This document shows, piece by piece, positions 1 to 11,921 of a DNA stretch of 64,000 bases. The first letter of the stretch is position 1. Every line of letters starts with the position of its first letter. Both the position numbers and the translations under genes were made by a program. Under the pieces are notes generated by a model. The model was not told the origin of the DNA, ran no database searches, and saw only the letters and a program-made list of their open reading frames with translations. The DNA is taken from NCBI GenBank assembly GCA_964106645.2, contig OZ067039.1, one strand, 5' to 3'. The DNA is from Podarcis pityusensis (lineage: Eukaryota).

Positions 1-25
1 GTGGCACACTGGATTCCACCTTTAG

Positions 26-161
26 CAGTGATGGCCAAACTTGGCCCTCCAGTTGTTTTGGGACTACAATTCCCATCATCCCTGACCACTGCTCCTGTCA
101 GCTAGGGATGATGGGAGTTGTAGTCTAAAAACAGCTGGAGGGCCAGGTTTGGCCATCACTG
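26..161. mobile_element. hAT-type MITE (palindromic, 136 bp)
   Basis: TIRs cagtgatggccaaac...gtttggccatcactg; internal fold-back (ggactacaattcccatcatccct / agggatgatgggagttgtagt); 8-bp TSD acctttag (18-25) / acctatag (162-169), diagnostic of hAT. Confidence 0.9.
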
Positions 162-172
162 ACCTATAGGGC

Positions 173-553
173 AAAGGTAAAGGGACCCCTAACAATTAAG
201 TCCAGTCGCGAACGACTCTGGGGTTGCGGTGCTCATCTCGCTTTACAGGCTGAGGGAGCAGGCGTTTGTCGGCTTCTGCAGAAAGTTTTTCTGGGTCATG
301 TGGCCAGCATGACTTAAGCCGCTTCTGGCGAAACCAGAGCAGCGCACGAAATTGCCGTTTACCTTCCCGTTTACTTCCTGCCAGAGTCGTACCTATTTAT
401 CTACTTGCACTGCATGCTTTTGAACTGCTAGGTCGGCAGGAGCTGGGACAGAACAACAGGAGCTCACCCCGTTGTGGGGATTTGAACTGCCAACCTTTTG
501 ATTGGCAAGCCCAAGCGGCACATTGGTTTAACCCACAGCGCCACCCGCATCCC
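173..553 (-). mobile_element. Sauria SINE (lacertid type), near full length
   Basis: Minus strand begins with tRNA-like head gggatgcgggtggcgctgtgggttaaacc and ends in the BovB-related tail ...gactggacttaattgttaggggtccctttaccttt; typical body with gtacctatttatctacttgcac and catgtggccagcatgac. Confidence 0.92.
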
Positions 554-726
554 ATCTTCACTAACCTATAGTTTTGTGGAAGATGCACCCATCTACTTCA
601 ACACACACACACTCTCTCTCTCCCCCCCCCCCCACAGACCCATCCTATTCTTCTGACTGTAATTGGTTTTAAACTGATGTTAATATTCTATATTTAAATT
701 GCTGCAACCTGCCCTGGGACTTTATG

Positions 727-881
727 NNNNNNNNNNNNNNNNNNNNNNNNNNNNNNNNNNNNNNNNNNNNNNNNNNNNNNNNNNNNNNNNNNNNNNNNNN
801 NNNNNNNNNNNNNNNNNNNNNNNNNNNNNNNNNNNNNNNNNNNNNNNNNNNNNNNNNNNNNNNNNNNNNNNNNNNNNNNNN
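727..881. other. Assembly gap (N run)
   Basis: Run of N. Confidence 1.
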
Positions 882-1148
882 TTTAATCGTATTTTAGGAA
901 GACCATTCCAAAACTTCACTCACTTGGTGGTGAAACCCCTTCTTGACAATAAAAGTTGGAAGAAATTTTTCAGAACCAATTGCTGTTGTTTCTCTTCCTT
1001 TCCTCTCTATTCTCTGATCCACAAAGAATGAATGTTAGCCCTTATAATGAGAGAAAGGACATTGGCAGGTAAATAAATGTACTTAAGTAACATGTAATCT
1101 AAGTACAATAAGGTATAAAGTTAATTCAACATAGGAGTTTAAAGTATG

Positions 1149-1180
1149 ATTTCTTTCTTTCTTTCTTTCTTTCTTTCTTT
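1149..1180. repeat. (TTTC)n microsatellite
   Basis: Direct reading. Confidence 0.95.
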
Positions 1181-1436
1181 TTGTCTTTGCTCTCTTTTTT
1201 GTCTGTGCTGAGATATGCTTTCTTGTATAAATACCATGTCAAAGGCCATGAAAACAAAAGAATCCCCTAATCAAGTGTTGGGAAATAAAGTAATGAGCCC
1301 AAGTGACTGAAAGAAGCTGTAATATAGCCAAATCAATACTTATTTATGAGGAAAAAGCAACCAATATCTTAGCAGCTGGAATTCTATTGAATAATCAATA
1401 TCTGATTGCAGTTGGACCTTGCGAGAGGCAGAGGCC

Positions 1437-1615
1437 TCATTTACACTGTGCATTTGAGGCGGTATCATACCACGTTAAATAGCTATGACTTCCCCCAAAG
1501 AATCTTGGGAACTGTAGTTTGTTAAGAGTGCTGAGAATGGTTAGGGGACCACTATTTCTCTTACAGAACTACAATTCCCATCATAGTTTTACAATCAATT
1601 CCCCTTTCTGGGAAC
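1437..1615. mobile_element. Non-autonomous palindromic DNA element; related copies at about 8915-9070, 18310-18510, 39170-39335 and 56077-56370
   Basis: Shared core gacttcccccaaagaatc(c/t)tgggaactgtagtttgttaag(a/g)gtgctg with inverted counterpart (aactacaattccca) in several copies. Superfamily uncertain, possibly PIF/Harbinger. Confidence 0.65.
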
Positions 1616-1617
1616 GT

Positions 1618-1711
1618 AGGCTGCAATCCTATACCCACTTATTTGGAAGTCAGCCCCATTGTATTTAATTGGTTTTACTTCTCTGAGTAGCTATGTATAA
1701 GATTGCACTGT
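1618..1711. mobile_element. Short (~90 bp) palindromic squamate repeat; related copies at about 7371-7471, 14940-15025, 23895-23972 and 55380-55460
   Basis: Ends tgcaatcctata...tataagattgca around a central gtaagccccatt...aatgggacttac-type hairpin. Confidence 0.65.
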
Positions 1712-1754
1712 TATTTTTATTTACCACTAAAAGCTGGTTAACTTAACTGGGATA

Positions 1755-1980
1755 CAGTAGTACCCCGGGTTACATACGCTTCAGGTTACAGACTCCGCTA
1801 ACCCAGAAATAATACCTTGGGTTAAGAACTTTGCTTCAGGATGAGAACAGAAATCGTGCTCCAGCGGTGTGGCAGCAGCAGGAGGCCCCATTAGCTAAAG
1901 TGGTGCTTCAGATTAAGAACAGTTTCAGGTTAAGAACGGACCTCCGGAATGAATTAAGTACTTAACCTGAGGTACCACTG
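1755..1980. mobile_element. Tc1/mariner (Tigger/pogo-like) MITE
   Basis: TIRs cagtagtacccc-gggtta / taacctgaggtaccactg, flanked by TA on both sides (1753-54, 1981-82). Confidence 0.88.
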
Positions 1981-2440
1981 TATTGAAGAACAGGTGTAAA
2001 ATCCATTCTAGGCTTCCTTTTCTTCCAACATTCATTAGTAACTCTTTGTCATCTGTGATGGGAGCTTGTGTGTCTCTGTGTGTAGAGGGGAGGGGTGCGC
2101 TTCTTTGAACTTTATTTAGAATTGATTTGCTACATTTGTTGGGCTGTTACTGACAAACTGTGCGCAACTGTTCCCTGTTAAGAAATCCCTCAACTGAACA
2201 GAGGAAAGAGATATTGTATATATCACGGCAATGTTAATTAAGTGAGTAATATTGCCCTAGTCATGAAATACAAAACAATAGGACTGACTGAAGTGTGTGT
2301 GTTTCTTTGTAGACAGTTTCAAAATTGCAACAGTATTTTAATTTCTTTGAAGAAGTTTGAAGTTCATAAAACTGTTAGTTTTGAAAAATCCTTTCTCTGT
2401 CTGTCTGTCCGTCTGTCTATCTCTGTCCCTGTCCCCCCCC

Positions 2441-2474
<34 letters not shown>

Positions 2475-4074
2475 AACTTCCCTTCAAAGCTTCTTTAAAG
2501 CTTCTGTTGAACAAACTTTACGAACTATTTCCTGAGTTAGATTAATGACAACAGTATCAACTGTCCTGGCCTTCAGAAGCCTAAATTTATAGCAAAAGTA
2601 TAAACAAAATATTCAAAAATAAGGGGCCTAGAAGTCACTCATTTCACCCTGGAAACACATTCCCTTAATTTGCAGATGTTTACAGGTATGCTGCGCCTCT
2701 CCAGTACAGTGGTACCTTGGTTTTCAAACTTAATCCGTTCTGGAAGTCTGTTCCAAAACCAAAGCGTTCCAAAACCAAGGCACGGTTTCCCATTGAAAGT
2801 AATGCAAAATGAATTAATCCATTCCAGACTTTTAAAAACAACCCCTAAAACAGCAATTTAACATAAATTTTACTATCTAACAAGACATTGATCCATAAGA
2901 TGAAAGCAACAATCAATGTACTGTATTATAAAATAAATAAGACAATATTGTAGATGATAAAAATAAAAATTATTTCCCCCCCCCCTTACTTGCAGAGATG
3001 ATAGCCATTGTCTGGATGGGGGGCTTTTATCCATTTCCGCAGTCACACAATCAATCAATCAATCAATCAATCAGTAGCTGAACTGTGTTCCACACAGTCA
3101 CAAAAACAAACTAATCAAAAAAGCCTCAAAAACAAAAACACAAAATAAATAGCGCCAAAAACAACAACACAAAAAACAAAAGCGCCAAACTTAAGCAGTT
3201 CCAGAAGTCCATTTGACTTCCAAAATGTTCAAAAACCAAGGCACAGCTTCTGATTGGTGCAGGTGCCCTGGAAACAATAGCCGACAGCCGCATCGGATGT
3301 TCGGCTTTTGAAAAACATTTGAAAATTGGAACACTTACTTCCGGGTTGGACATAACATAACGATGTTGGACATAACATAATGATGGCCGACTGGGAACAG
3401 TTATGGACCACAGGTATGAAATTCACGGCATGTAATGCCCTAAGAGAAAATTTATTGAAAATGATTTATAGGTGGTACATGACACCAGTCAAGCTTGTAA
3501 AAAATTACCATTTGCCCGACAATAAATGTTGGAAATGTAATGAGACTGAAGGTACATTCTTTCACCTTTGGTGGACATGCCCAAGGATTAAGACATTCTG
3601 GGAGATGATTTATAACGAAATGAAAAAGGTATTCAAATATACCTTCCTGAAGAAACCAGAGGCCTTTCTCCTGGGCATGGTCGGCCAATTGGTGCCAAAG
3701 AAGGATAGAACTTTTTTTATGTATGCAACAACAGCAGCAAGAATACTCATCGCGAAGTATTGGAAGACACAAGATTTACCCACCCGGGAAGAATGGCAGA
3801 TGAAGTTGATGGACTATATGGAATTGGCGGAAATGACGGGCAGAATCCGAGACCAGGGAGAAGAGTCGGTGGAAGAAGACTGGAAAAAGTTTAAAGACTA
3901 TTTACAGAAATACTGTAAAATTAATGAATGTTAGAAAAATGTTGGAATGAAGTTATATGGCTTTAGTAGAAATGTTATAAGGAATTAAGTATAAATAGAT
4001 TAATAGAGAATTAAAGGGGAAAATAAGGTTAGAATGTGTTAAGATAATTATAGGATAGAAAACAGAGGAAGATG

Positions 4075-4620
4075 TCTCTTGGGCATTGCCGGCCAATTGG
4101 TGTTAAAGAAAGATAGAACCTTTTTTATGTATGCTACGACAGCAGCAAGAATACTCATCGCAAAGTATTGGAAGACAGAAGAACTACCCACCTTGGAAGA
4201 GTGGCAGATGAAGGTGATAGACTATATGACATTGGCTGAGATGACTGGCAGAATCCGTGAGCAGGGGAAAGAGACGGCGGAAGAAGATTGGAAGAAATTT
4301 AAAATTTATCTTAAGAACTATTATAAAATCGAGGAATGTTAAAATGTCGAGGTTTGGAGAAAGAAAAGGAGATTACAGCGACATAAGATTAAGTTGAAGA
4401 AAAGAATAAGAAAAAATATATTTGATAAAATTATTTAGAATTTGCTGAAATAATTTTGGAAATTGGGATGTAGGAAGGGGAGGTTTGGGGGAGTCCGAGA
4501 AGAGAGGGATATGAAAAAAAAGGTTATGAAATTATACATGTTTGTATGTCTTTTTATTTGTTTGTATTGTTTAAAACTTTTCTGTAAAATCAATAAAAAA
4601 ATTTTTTTTTAAAAAAAAAA
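4075..4620 (+). mobile_element. 5'-truncated L1-clade LINE, copy B (related subfamily), inserted in the 3'UTR of copy A
   Basis: ORF 4079-4342 is paralogous to the last ~87 aa of copy A but has a different 3'UTR; A tail; 18-bp TSD agaaaacagaggaagatg (4057-4074 / 4621-4638). Confidence 0.9.
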
Positions 4621-4804
4621 AGAAAACAGAGGAAGATGGAAAGGAATTGCTGAAACAATTAACAGAAGTGGAATACAAAAAGGGAGGTGTGAGGAGGTCG
4701 TGGAAATAAGTGAATGAAAGATAAGATATTGAAATTGTTTGATGTGTTTAACTGTTTTTGTTTTGTTTTGTTAGTTTAATGTGTTAGCGTTATGTAGTGT
4801 TTTT

Positions 4805-4840
4805 GTATTGTATTGTATTGTATTGTATTGTATTGTATTG
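4805..4840. repeat. (GTATT)n microsatellite in the L1 3'UTR
   Basis: Direct reading. Confidence 0.9.
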
Positions 4841-5148
4841 TTTTTGTAGTGTTTAAATTGTTGGAAAAGTAATAAATATTTATTTTTTTAAAAAAGAAAA
4901 TTGGAACACTTACTTCCGGGTTTACGGAGTTTGAGAACCAAGGTACCACAGTACTTCTTCTTCTTTGGCAATCTACTAGTGAAAGAAAGACTGCACACCT
5001 TATGGTTACTATGTATTCTAGTGCTTAGCTGGCTCAGTATGGGCCCTGCACTGAAAGCAGCCCAACACACATTTGTTTCCTGTGGGTAGTGGACAGAAAC
5101 AATCCGTGGATGGGGCATAGAACAATTACATCATCATTTTATATTCAT

Positions 5149-5696
5149 AATTGGAGTGTCAACACAAGGGGGCTTGTGAAGAAGGCGCAGCAGAGACTGT
5201 ACTTTTTGAGAATACTAAGGAAAAACCATCTTCCGCAGAAACTGCTGCTTGCCTTCTATCACTGTGCCATTGAGAGCGTGCTCACTTATGGCTTATGTGT
5301 GTGGTACGGAAGCTGTACTACCCAGGACAGGATGGGGTTGTGCAGGGTTGTTAAGGCAGCAGAGAGCATTGTTGGCTGCCCACTCTCCACCTTAGAGCAG
5401 ATTTATGCCACAAGGTGCCATAGGAAGGCACTGGACATAGTAAAAGATCCATCGCATCCTGGTCACTGTCTCTTCGAGCTCTTGCCGTCGGGACGGAGAT
5501 ACAGGACGATGAAGACAAGAACGAGCCGTCTTAAGAACAGCTTCTTCTCCAGAGCGATCTCGGCCCTGAATGGGAAGCCCGGACTTTGAAAGTCATCTAA
5601 TCTCCCTTGCTGTATTATACTGTATTGATTAATTAGTGTTTTTATGGAGCAGTCAAGTAATTTCGTTGTCCCCGAAGGGGGCAATGACAATAAAGA

Positions 5697-5742
<46 letters not shown>
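5149..5742 (+). mobile_element. Rex1/Babar-clade LINE 3' end (post-RT, DUF1891-like region) with (ATT)n tail
   Basis: Open frame W..NT..VKKAQQRLYFLR.LRK...FY.CAIESVLTY...VWYG...DPSHPGH.LFELLPSGRRYR..KTRTSRLKNSFF; stop at 5589; short 3'UTR, aataaa, (ATT)n. Confidence 0.88.
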
Positions 5743-6770
5743 TTCCAGAGGTCCTTGAAACCATTATGCTGGTGCAAATTCTGGCTTTGAATGAGTGGGA
5801 ACGAGGGATGGATAGTTCAGTCTATTTCCGTTCCATGTGAGTGTGGCATGCATACAGTCACAAGTCAGTTCTGTCCTGTTTTCTGCAGATTTCACACAAA
5901 AGTCACAGGAAAATTGTACATATTATGTATGCACTTCTGTTCCAAATTTGGGTTTTGTGTGCATTTTCTCCAAATATATAATTTTTGAATGCTTTTCTAT
6001 GTACTTCCTTTCCCCAAATACACTTTCCCTCCCTGCAAAATCTACACTATTTTGTATTCATTTTTGGAACCGAAAGTGCATCATGGAATTTTATAGAGAC
6101 ACATGCAATACAATTGCTAACTGCAATCCAGTACACATATACTGTAAATCTGGGAAATGCAGATTAGGTTGATTTGCTTTAAAATGCGGACTGAACAAAG
6201 TTACCCTCCGTCCTTTGTGAGGACCCAGCACACAATACTTCATTTTCCAGGACCAGAAATTTCTTCCCTTGGCCAGCAGCAACACAAGACTGGGCTGCTA
6301 TTCTTTTCCAGCAGCTTAATGAACAGCTGTTTAACTTAATGGCCAATATGTGAAGTCTATCTCTAGTAATGGAATTAGAAGCAGACAAATAGTTGCTCCT
6401 GAAGAATGAATGATGGGCCTTTAGAAAAGGACATCTGAAGGTCAAGGATTCAATTCTGGTTTATATAGCAGGATGTTTTATTACCCACATGACTGATGTC
6501 ATTATTTTTTAAAAAATTTAAATAGCTGCTTTGTTTTTCAGTTGTTTCTAGGTAAGAGATAAGAAGTGGCTTTGCTCATCTGAACTCTGCACAATGGTAT
6601 TGCCTGTTGTCAATTTTTATTTTTATCCTGGTGGTAATCTTCGTAGGGTTCCAGGGTGGCTGTCCATAGGCACTGCAGTTGAATTCATTGGGTTCATTGA
6701 ATAAGCCAATGCACCTCTGCAGCTGCACACCAGCAACTTTGAAATCTTGGATTAAATAAAACAAAACTTA

Positions 6771-7316
6771 GGGCTTATCCACACTTCCTCTTGTCCCACT
6801 GCTTTCTCCTGGGGAAAGTGCTCTTTAGCACTCAGTCGGATAAAACAGCAATTGGGTTTTCCATGGATTGTCATTTGTTCTGATCAGCTCTGAGTGCTCA
6901 CTGGAAGGACAGATCCTGAAGCTGAGGCTCCAATACTTTGGCCACCTCATGAGAAGAGAAGGCTCCCTGGAAAAAACCCTGGTGTTGGGAAAGATGGAGG
7001 GCACAAGGAGAAGGGGACGACAGAGGACGAGATGGTTGGACAGTGTTGTTGAAGCTACCAGCATGAGTTTGACCAAACTGCGGGAGGCAGTGGAAGACAG
7101 GGGTGCCTGGTGTGCTCTGGTCCATGGGGTCACGCAGAGTCGGACACGACTAAACGACTAAACAACAACAAGAGCTAGTAAGCAGGTCTCCCTTGGGAAT
7201 GGAGTGGGGCAAGGGGGAAACCACTCAGAACTGTGCCTAGAAAGTGTGGGTCAGGCGAAAAACTGCTCTGACCTGTGCTTTTTAGGCACGGGACAAGTGG
7301 AAGTGTGGATGAGCCC
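6771..7316. mobile_element. PIF/Harbinger-type MITE interrupted by BovB
   Basis: TIRs gggcttatccacacttcc / ggaagtgtggatgagccc; 3-bp TTA TSD (6768-70, 7317-19). Confidence 0.82.
6882..7171 (+). mobile_element. BovB (RTE clade) LINE 3' fragment
   Basis: Translation SLEGQILKLRLQYFGHLMRRE.SLEKTL.LGK.EG.RRRGRQR.RWLD...W.A.VHGV..SRTRL; (CAA)n tail. Confidence 0.93.
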
Positions 7317-8614
7317 TTACAATAGTTGGCATTTACTCAGAGTAGTCCCATGGAAAGTAACGAACATGACTAAGGCTGCAGTCCTATAGCCACTCTCTCT
7401 TACCTGAGAGTAAGCCCCATTAAACTCAGTGGGACTTACATTTGAAAACAGGTGTATAGGATTGCGTTGTACGTTAGGGCTGCTAATTTCAATGGGTCTA
7501 CTTTGAGTAAAACTTTGCTGACTGCCACTCACTGATCTTGAAAATCTTGAGGAGCTTAAGAAATAGCTGGTGATTTTTTAATAATTTGAACTTGCTTTCT
7601 AGTAGCTGAGTCTCTGGTTATCTTTGGCCACAAAACCAGTTTGAATCCCTTTTGAGGAGCATGCAATAAATTAGCTTTATATTTATATGGCGATTTCAGT
7701 TACCCCCTTCTAGTGCCTACTGACTGGTCAAGGAGGCTTGCAACGATTAAAATTCATGCCATGAAATAGAATAATAACATAATAAAAACAAATGTATTGT
7801 AAATACATCAAAATATTGGGTCCACTTTGATTTCCTGTTTCCGACCTTCAGAGTGCAGAAATAAAATTCAGATTGTCCCAGTCCATTTAGAACACAGGAA
7901 AGGCCCTAGAAGATCTAAAAGAAAACTTTATTATTATGTAGGCTTGTATGAGGCCTTCACAAAATTTTCTCCACTTCACATTGTAGGGGAAAGTTATTTT
8001 TCAGTGGGTTGAGGGGGGTGCACGCACTTTAATATATTATGTTCACAGAGCAATGATTTGCAGGCCAAGTACTATCCAGTGGGATTAACCTTAGGAGTGG
8101 CCTGTAGTATGAGTCAGTAGAGATTCTCATGGGAATCACAGCTGTGTTAGGGTTCTGGAAACAGCACAGGGTCTGGACAGTTGGACAGCCCTTCAAGAGT
8201 ATAAATGCTTCTTTGTTTTATCCTCATAATCATCTCCTGATTGCTGGGAGGAGCCCCTTCAGTCTTTCTCATCAGATTCCTTCCCACAGTAGTAATATTA
8301 TCTTTCCAAGGAATATTAGTAAGTGAGAAACAAATGTAAACAGCATATTTAACTAGTAACCAAGGGCTGTTTTATTAATTGCTGTGCTCTTATTGTACAG
8401 GAGCAGCAGGGATAAAGGATGCAGAAGGAGTCCAGCTGAAATGTGGGCCTTCTTCCACTCAGGAGGAAAGGGAGTTCTTAGGTTGGAACTAGGCATCACA
8501 GCAGGTACCACCCAAATAGCAGCCCCATGCCTCTTTCCCCTTCTTCCCATAATGTCTAGCTTGGAACTCTTCAAATGGGAAGGTCATGTAGCATTATCAT
8601 GCTGCAGGCTTCCC

Positions 8615-8890
8615 AGAAGAACCCTACTGGATCAGGAGAAAGGCCCATTTATCCCAGAATCCTGTTCTCACATTTGCCTACCAGATGCCTTCAGCACTCT
8701 TCACACTTGTATTTTCCTGCAACTGGCAGTTAGTGGCGTACTGCCGCCGACAATGGAGGTGGAACAGAACCATTGTGACTGGTTGCCACTGGTAGCCTTT
8801 TCTTCCATGGGTTTGTCTGATCCTCTTTTAAAGCCAACCAAATTGGAGGCCATCATTGCCTTTTGAGAGAGCAAATCCCATAATTTAAAC
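8615..8890 (-). mobile_element. CR1 LINE 3' end, degenerate
   Basis: Minus-strand WDLLSQKAMMASNLVGFKRGSDKPMEEK resembles the CR1 ORF2 C-terminus (WNSLP..VV.A...GFK..LD.FME); 3'UTR similar to 22799-23075. Confidence 0.75.
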
Positions 8891-10484
8891 AATAAGCTCC
8901 ATGCACTCAAATAATGGCTACACACACACCATCAATTTAAAGCACATGGCGCGCCCCCTCAAAACAATCCTGTGAACTGTAGTTTGTTAAGGGTGCTGGG
9001 AATTTTAAGGAAGAAGCTACAGTTCCCAGAATTTTTGTGAGGGAAGTAATGTGCTTCAAATGGATGCAGCCAGTTCGTTCACTGGTAATGTATAGGATGG
9101 TATTCTGCTCTGTGGGTTTACACAATGGCACTGCAGGATACATTGATAGGCATTGTGTTATATGACAAATACCCGCTCCCAAACAGTTGATAGTAGTAGA
9201 AAGAGAGCACCGACTCCATCAAGATTCCTCGCAGGTTTAAAATGTGACACACACTTATGCAGCTTGCCGATTCAGGGGCACAACTTGTTTTTGCAGCCTG
9301 TGGAAATGTTGTCTAACTCCCAGACTAAAAATTAAGAGCTGTGGGATAACAACTATGCCATGAAAATGTCCTAGCTTATTAAAGACTTGAAGATGATAGC
9401 ATGCTTTTAATGTTTCACATAAGTCATTTGGGATTTGAAGAACTTTCAGCGCTTGCAAAGAAGTCAGAATAAATGCTTACATGGGTAAGGGGGGGGGAGG
9501 AGGGAGACAACAATGCTGAATTAAATTTTCTGAGCATGGCATTCCTACATGTTGCTCCATTCCAAACTGGGTAGGGTGGGGGGACAACATCAGCTTTGTT
9601 CATGAGCATACGCTTTTGACATTTTTTCCCCCTTCTTGAAGCCTGTGAATTATTAATGAACTAATTTCTCTTTATAGTTCAATCTTTGGAGATTTAAAAT
9701 GCTCACTCAAATGCATCGAGAAGGGAAATGCTTCAGCTCCAATCAGCTCCTGTCTTCAGGAGAGATGTTGGCCTTGAGGTATCTTGGAGTCTTTGAAAAC
9801 CATCTTTTATTCAACCGGGAATTTTTGATGGCTTGGAGGTGTAGTCTGTTAATTCTACCTAATGCCCTGTTTATGTTCGGGCCATTTTTCAATCATTATG
9901 AGTTCTTGCCCTCTTCTTTTAAAAAAAAAACTTTGCTCATGAGCTAAATGCATTTTCCTTTCCTTTTCCCCAACCCTTTAAGTCACCACGATTTAAACTA
10001 ACATTATATTTCAGAATGTTTGAGATACCTTGGATCCTGTCCTGAGAACCACTATCTTTTGGCTGCTTTCTTTTTTGCAATAGTGATCAAATCAGAGACA
10101 TGACAGCAAACTATTGTTTGAGCAGTGATTGTAGTCAGAAATTAAATTCCATGCTTTATAGGACCAAGGAAGTAATGGGAGGGAGAAGAGGGAGCAGGAT
10201 TTTGGACTACAGCTCCCATTATTCCTGGTCATTGGTCAAGCCAGATGGGGCTGAAGCTGGGCAAAGCTAGACATTTGTGCCCATTGAAGAAATATTAATT
10301 GTCCATTAGTATGGAAATACAATTAGTAAGGAAATACAAGAGCCACTTGCCAACCATTTTGATACCCTTGAACATTTTTGATCCTGTTCTCTGTACCACT
10401 TGTGGATGGGTATGCTGAATTTCACCTATTCCTTAGTATTTATATAGACATTATGTGGAATGCAACATAGTTCTAAGACTATTG

Positions 10485-10686
10485 TTCCATCAGTGCAAAT
10501 ATTTCTGCTTGCACAACAGAACGTTCCCCTCCCCTTGCTTCCCTCCCCTCCCCTCCCCAAGTACCCCCTAATTCTGTTCTACGCGTTCTCCCAACCCTTT
10601 GGAGCAGGGTGAGTGTGGGGTGTGCAGGGTGGGGAGTGGGGAGAGAATGTCCCATTGCACAAGTGGAAATCCTTGCCCTGATGGAA
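10485..10686. mobile_element. Fold-back MITE-like element
   Basis: gttccatcagtgcaaatatttctgcttgcacaa pairs imperfectly with ttgcacaagtggaaatccttgccctgatggaac; C-rich and G-rich inner arms. Confidence 0.6.
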
Positions 10687-11921
10687 CTTGTTAGTAGAAT
10701 ATTGCCCAATAGATTTATATAAAACCATTCTTGGTTTTTTTATATATATTAATACTTTTCCTTTTTTTTGAAAAACACCCTCTGGGATTAACACTGCCAC
10801 AATCATAATGATCTGTTTGCTTACCGCTGCTGCTGTTTTTAATGGCTTTAGCGCTGAGCTGACATTTTTAGGAAGAATGATCTCTGCAACTCTTCACAAT
10901 ATGGGTTGAAAGCTACAAAACCACATTTTACCAAAGACCTCATGCTTGCCTCGTGTGCATGAAATTAAAGCACTATACAATGCAGCAACATGGTTTGATC
11001 TTTTCTTTCCCTTGCTTGAAAAACATGCCAAAAAAAAAAAAAAAAGCTAAGCAAGAATTAAATACAAGCCACTGGAGGGTATGGAAATATGCATGCATTC
11101 AAATTTGAAAATGTTCCTAAATGAAGCTATATGATAAAATTGTATTTCTTTATCAGAAACATTTAAATAGGAAGAACTACACAAGGCAATAGCCTCATTA
11201 AGAAAACTAACTTGGATGGAGGCAGAATTTCCACTAACGGCGGGAGAGGGGGTTCAGTAAGAAACAAATCTGGGATATATTTTATAATAGATGCATTCCT
11301 TATTCCTTATTATGGAGGCTATTTACATGAAAAGCATCAGTTCAAATCACTTTTCCCCTTTTTTCTGGCTTTACTTAGTGCAACTCAACAAGGCCAAAAA
11401 GGAAAAAAAAATGATGCCCCGCCATTTACTTTAGAGTATGTAGGAGAAGAATCTGAACTGAAGCGATGCAAATACCTGTAAAATTAGCACAATAAAGATA
11501 TTACTCAGAGAAAGGGAATTGTTTCTAGATAGGATCTGTATATGAATTTTCCCTGAGGCATCAACAGCTCTTTAACACAAAGAAAATATACTGAAACAGA
11601 AACAGGAATGAGTTACATACCCACCACCATGAAAAACCAGAATGCTTTTTCCTGGGAGAAAACTATTTCTTAATTCAAAAATTATTGATGATAGCTCAGA
11701 AATCCACATACTTTTGCTTGAGAAACTATCAGGGAAAAGGGTTGAGAATAGGGAAGCATATTCATCATAATAGTAACAGAAGTGGTTTTTTTGTTTGTTT
11801 TTTTAATGTCTTAAATCACCTCAGTCCACCATCCCCTTTTGAGGGCCAGTCAGGCTATGATGAAAGGTTCTGACTGTCATGCAAATGTTCCAGGTTCAGA
11901 GATACTTTGCTGTGGAGGCAC

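Larger units (their letters stand above)
3348..4895 (+). mobile_element. 5'-truncated L1-clade LINE, copy A: ORF2 C-terminus (3380-3934), 3'UTR and A tail
   Basis: 184-aa open frame with the ORF2 C-terminal Cys/His knuckle CWKCNETEGTFFHLWWTC and TAARILIAKYWK; aataaa then A tail; flanked by direct repeat gaaaattggaacacttacttccgggtt (3321-3347 / 4896-4922). Confidence 0.9.
2707..4951. mobile_element. Tigger-like non-autonomous element (about 670 bp of its own sequence) interrupted by L1 insertions
   Basis: TIRs cagtggtaccttggttttcaaac / gtttgagaaccaaggtaccacag; TA TSDs at 2705-06 and 4952-53; internal (CAAT)n. Confidence 0.88.

Noticed and set aside
699-1031. ORFs spanning N runs (also about 39723-40325 and 62313-62549)
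   Set aside because: Artefacts of assembly gaps translated as X.
4954-5000. cttcttcttctttggcaatc, resembling the reverse complement of the RTE tail at 19150-19197
   Set aside because: Similarity decays within about 25 bp, too short to call.
8384-8866. 160-aa plus-strand ORF
   Set aside because: Its second half is the antisense of a CR1 3' end; no domain recognisable.
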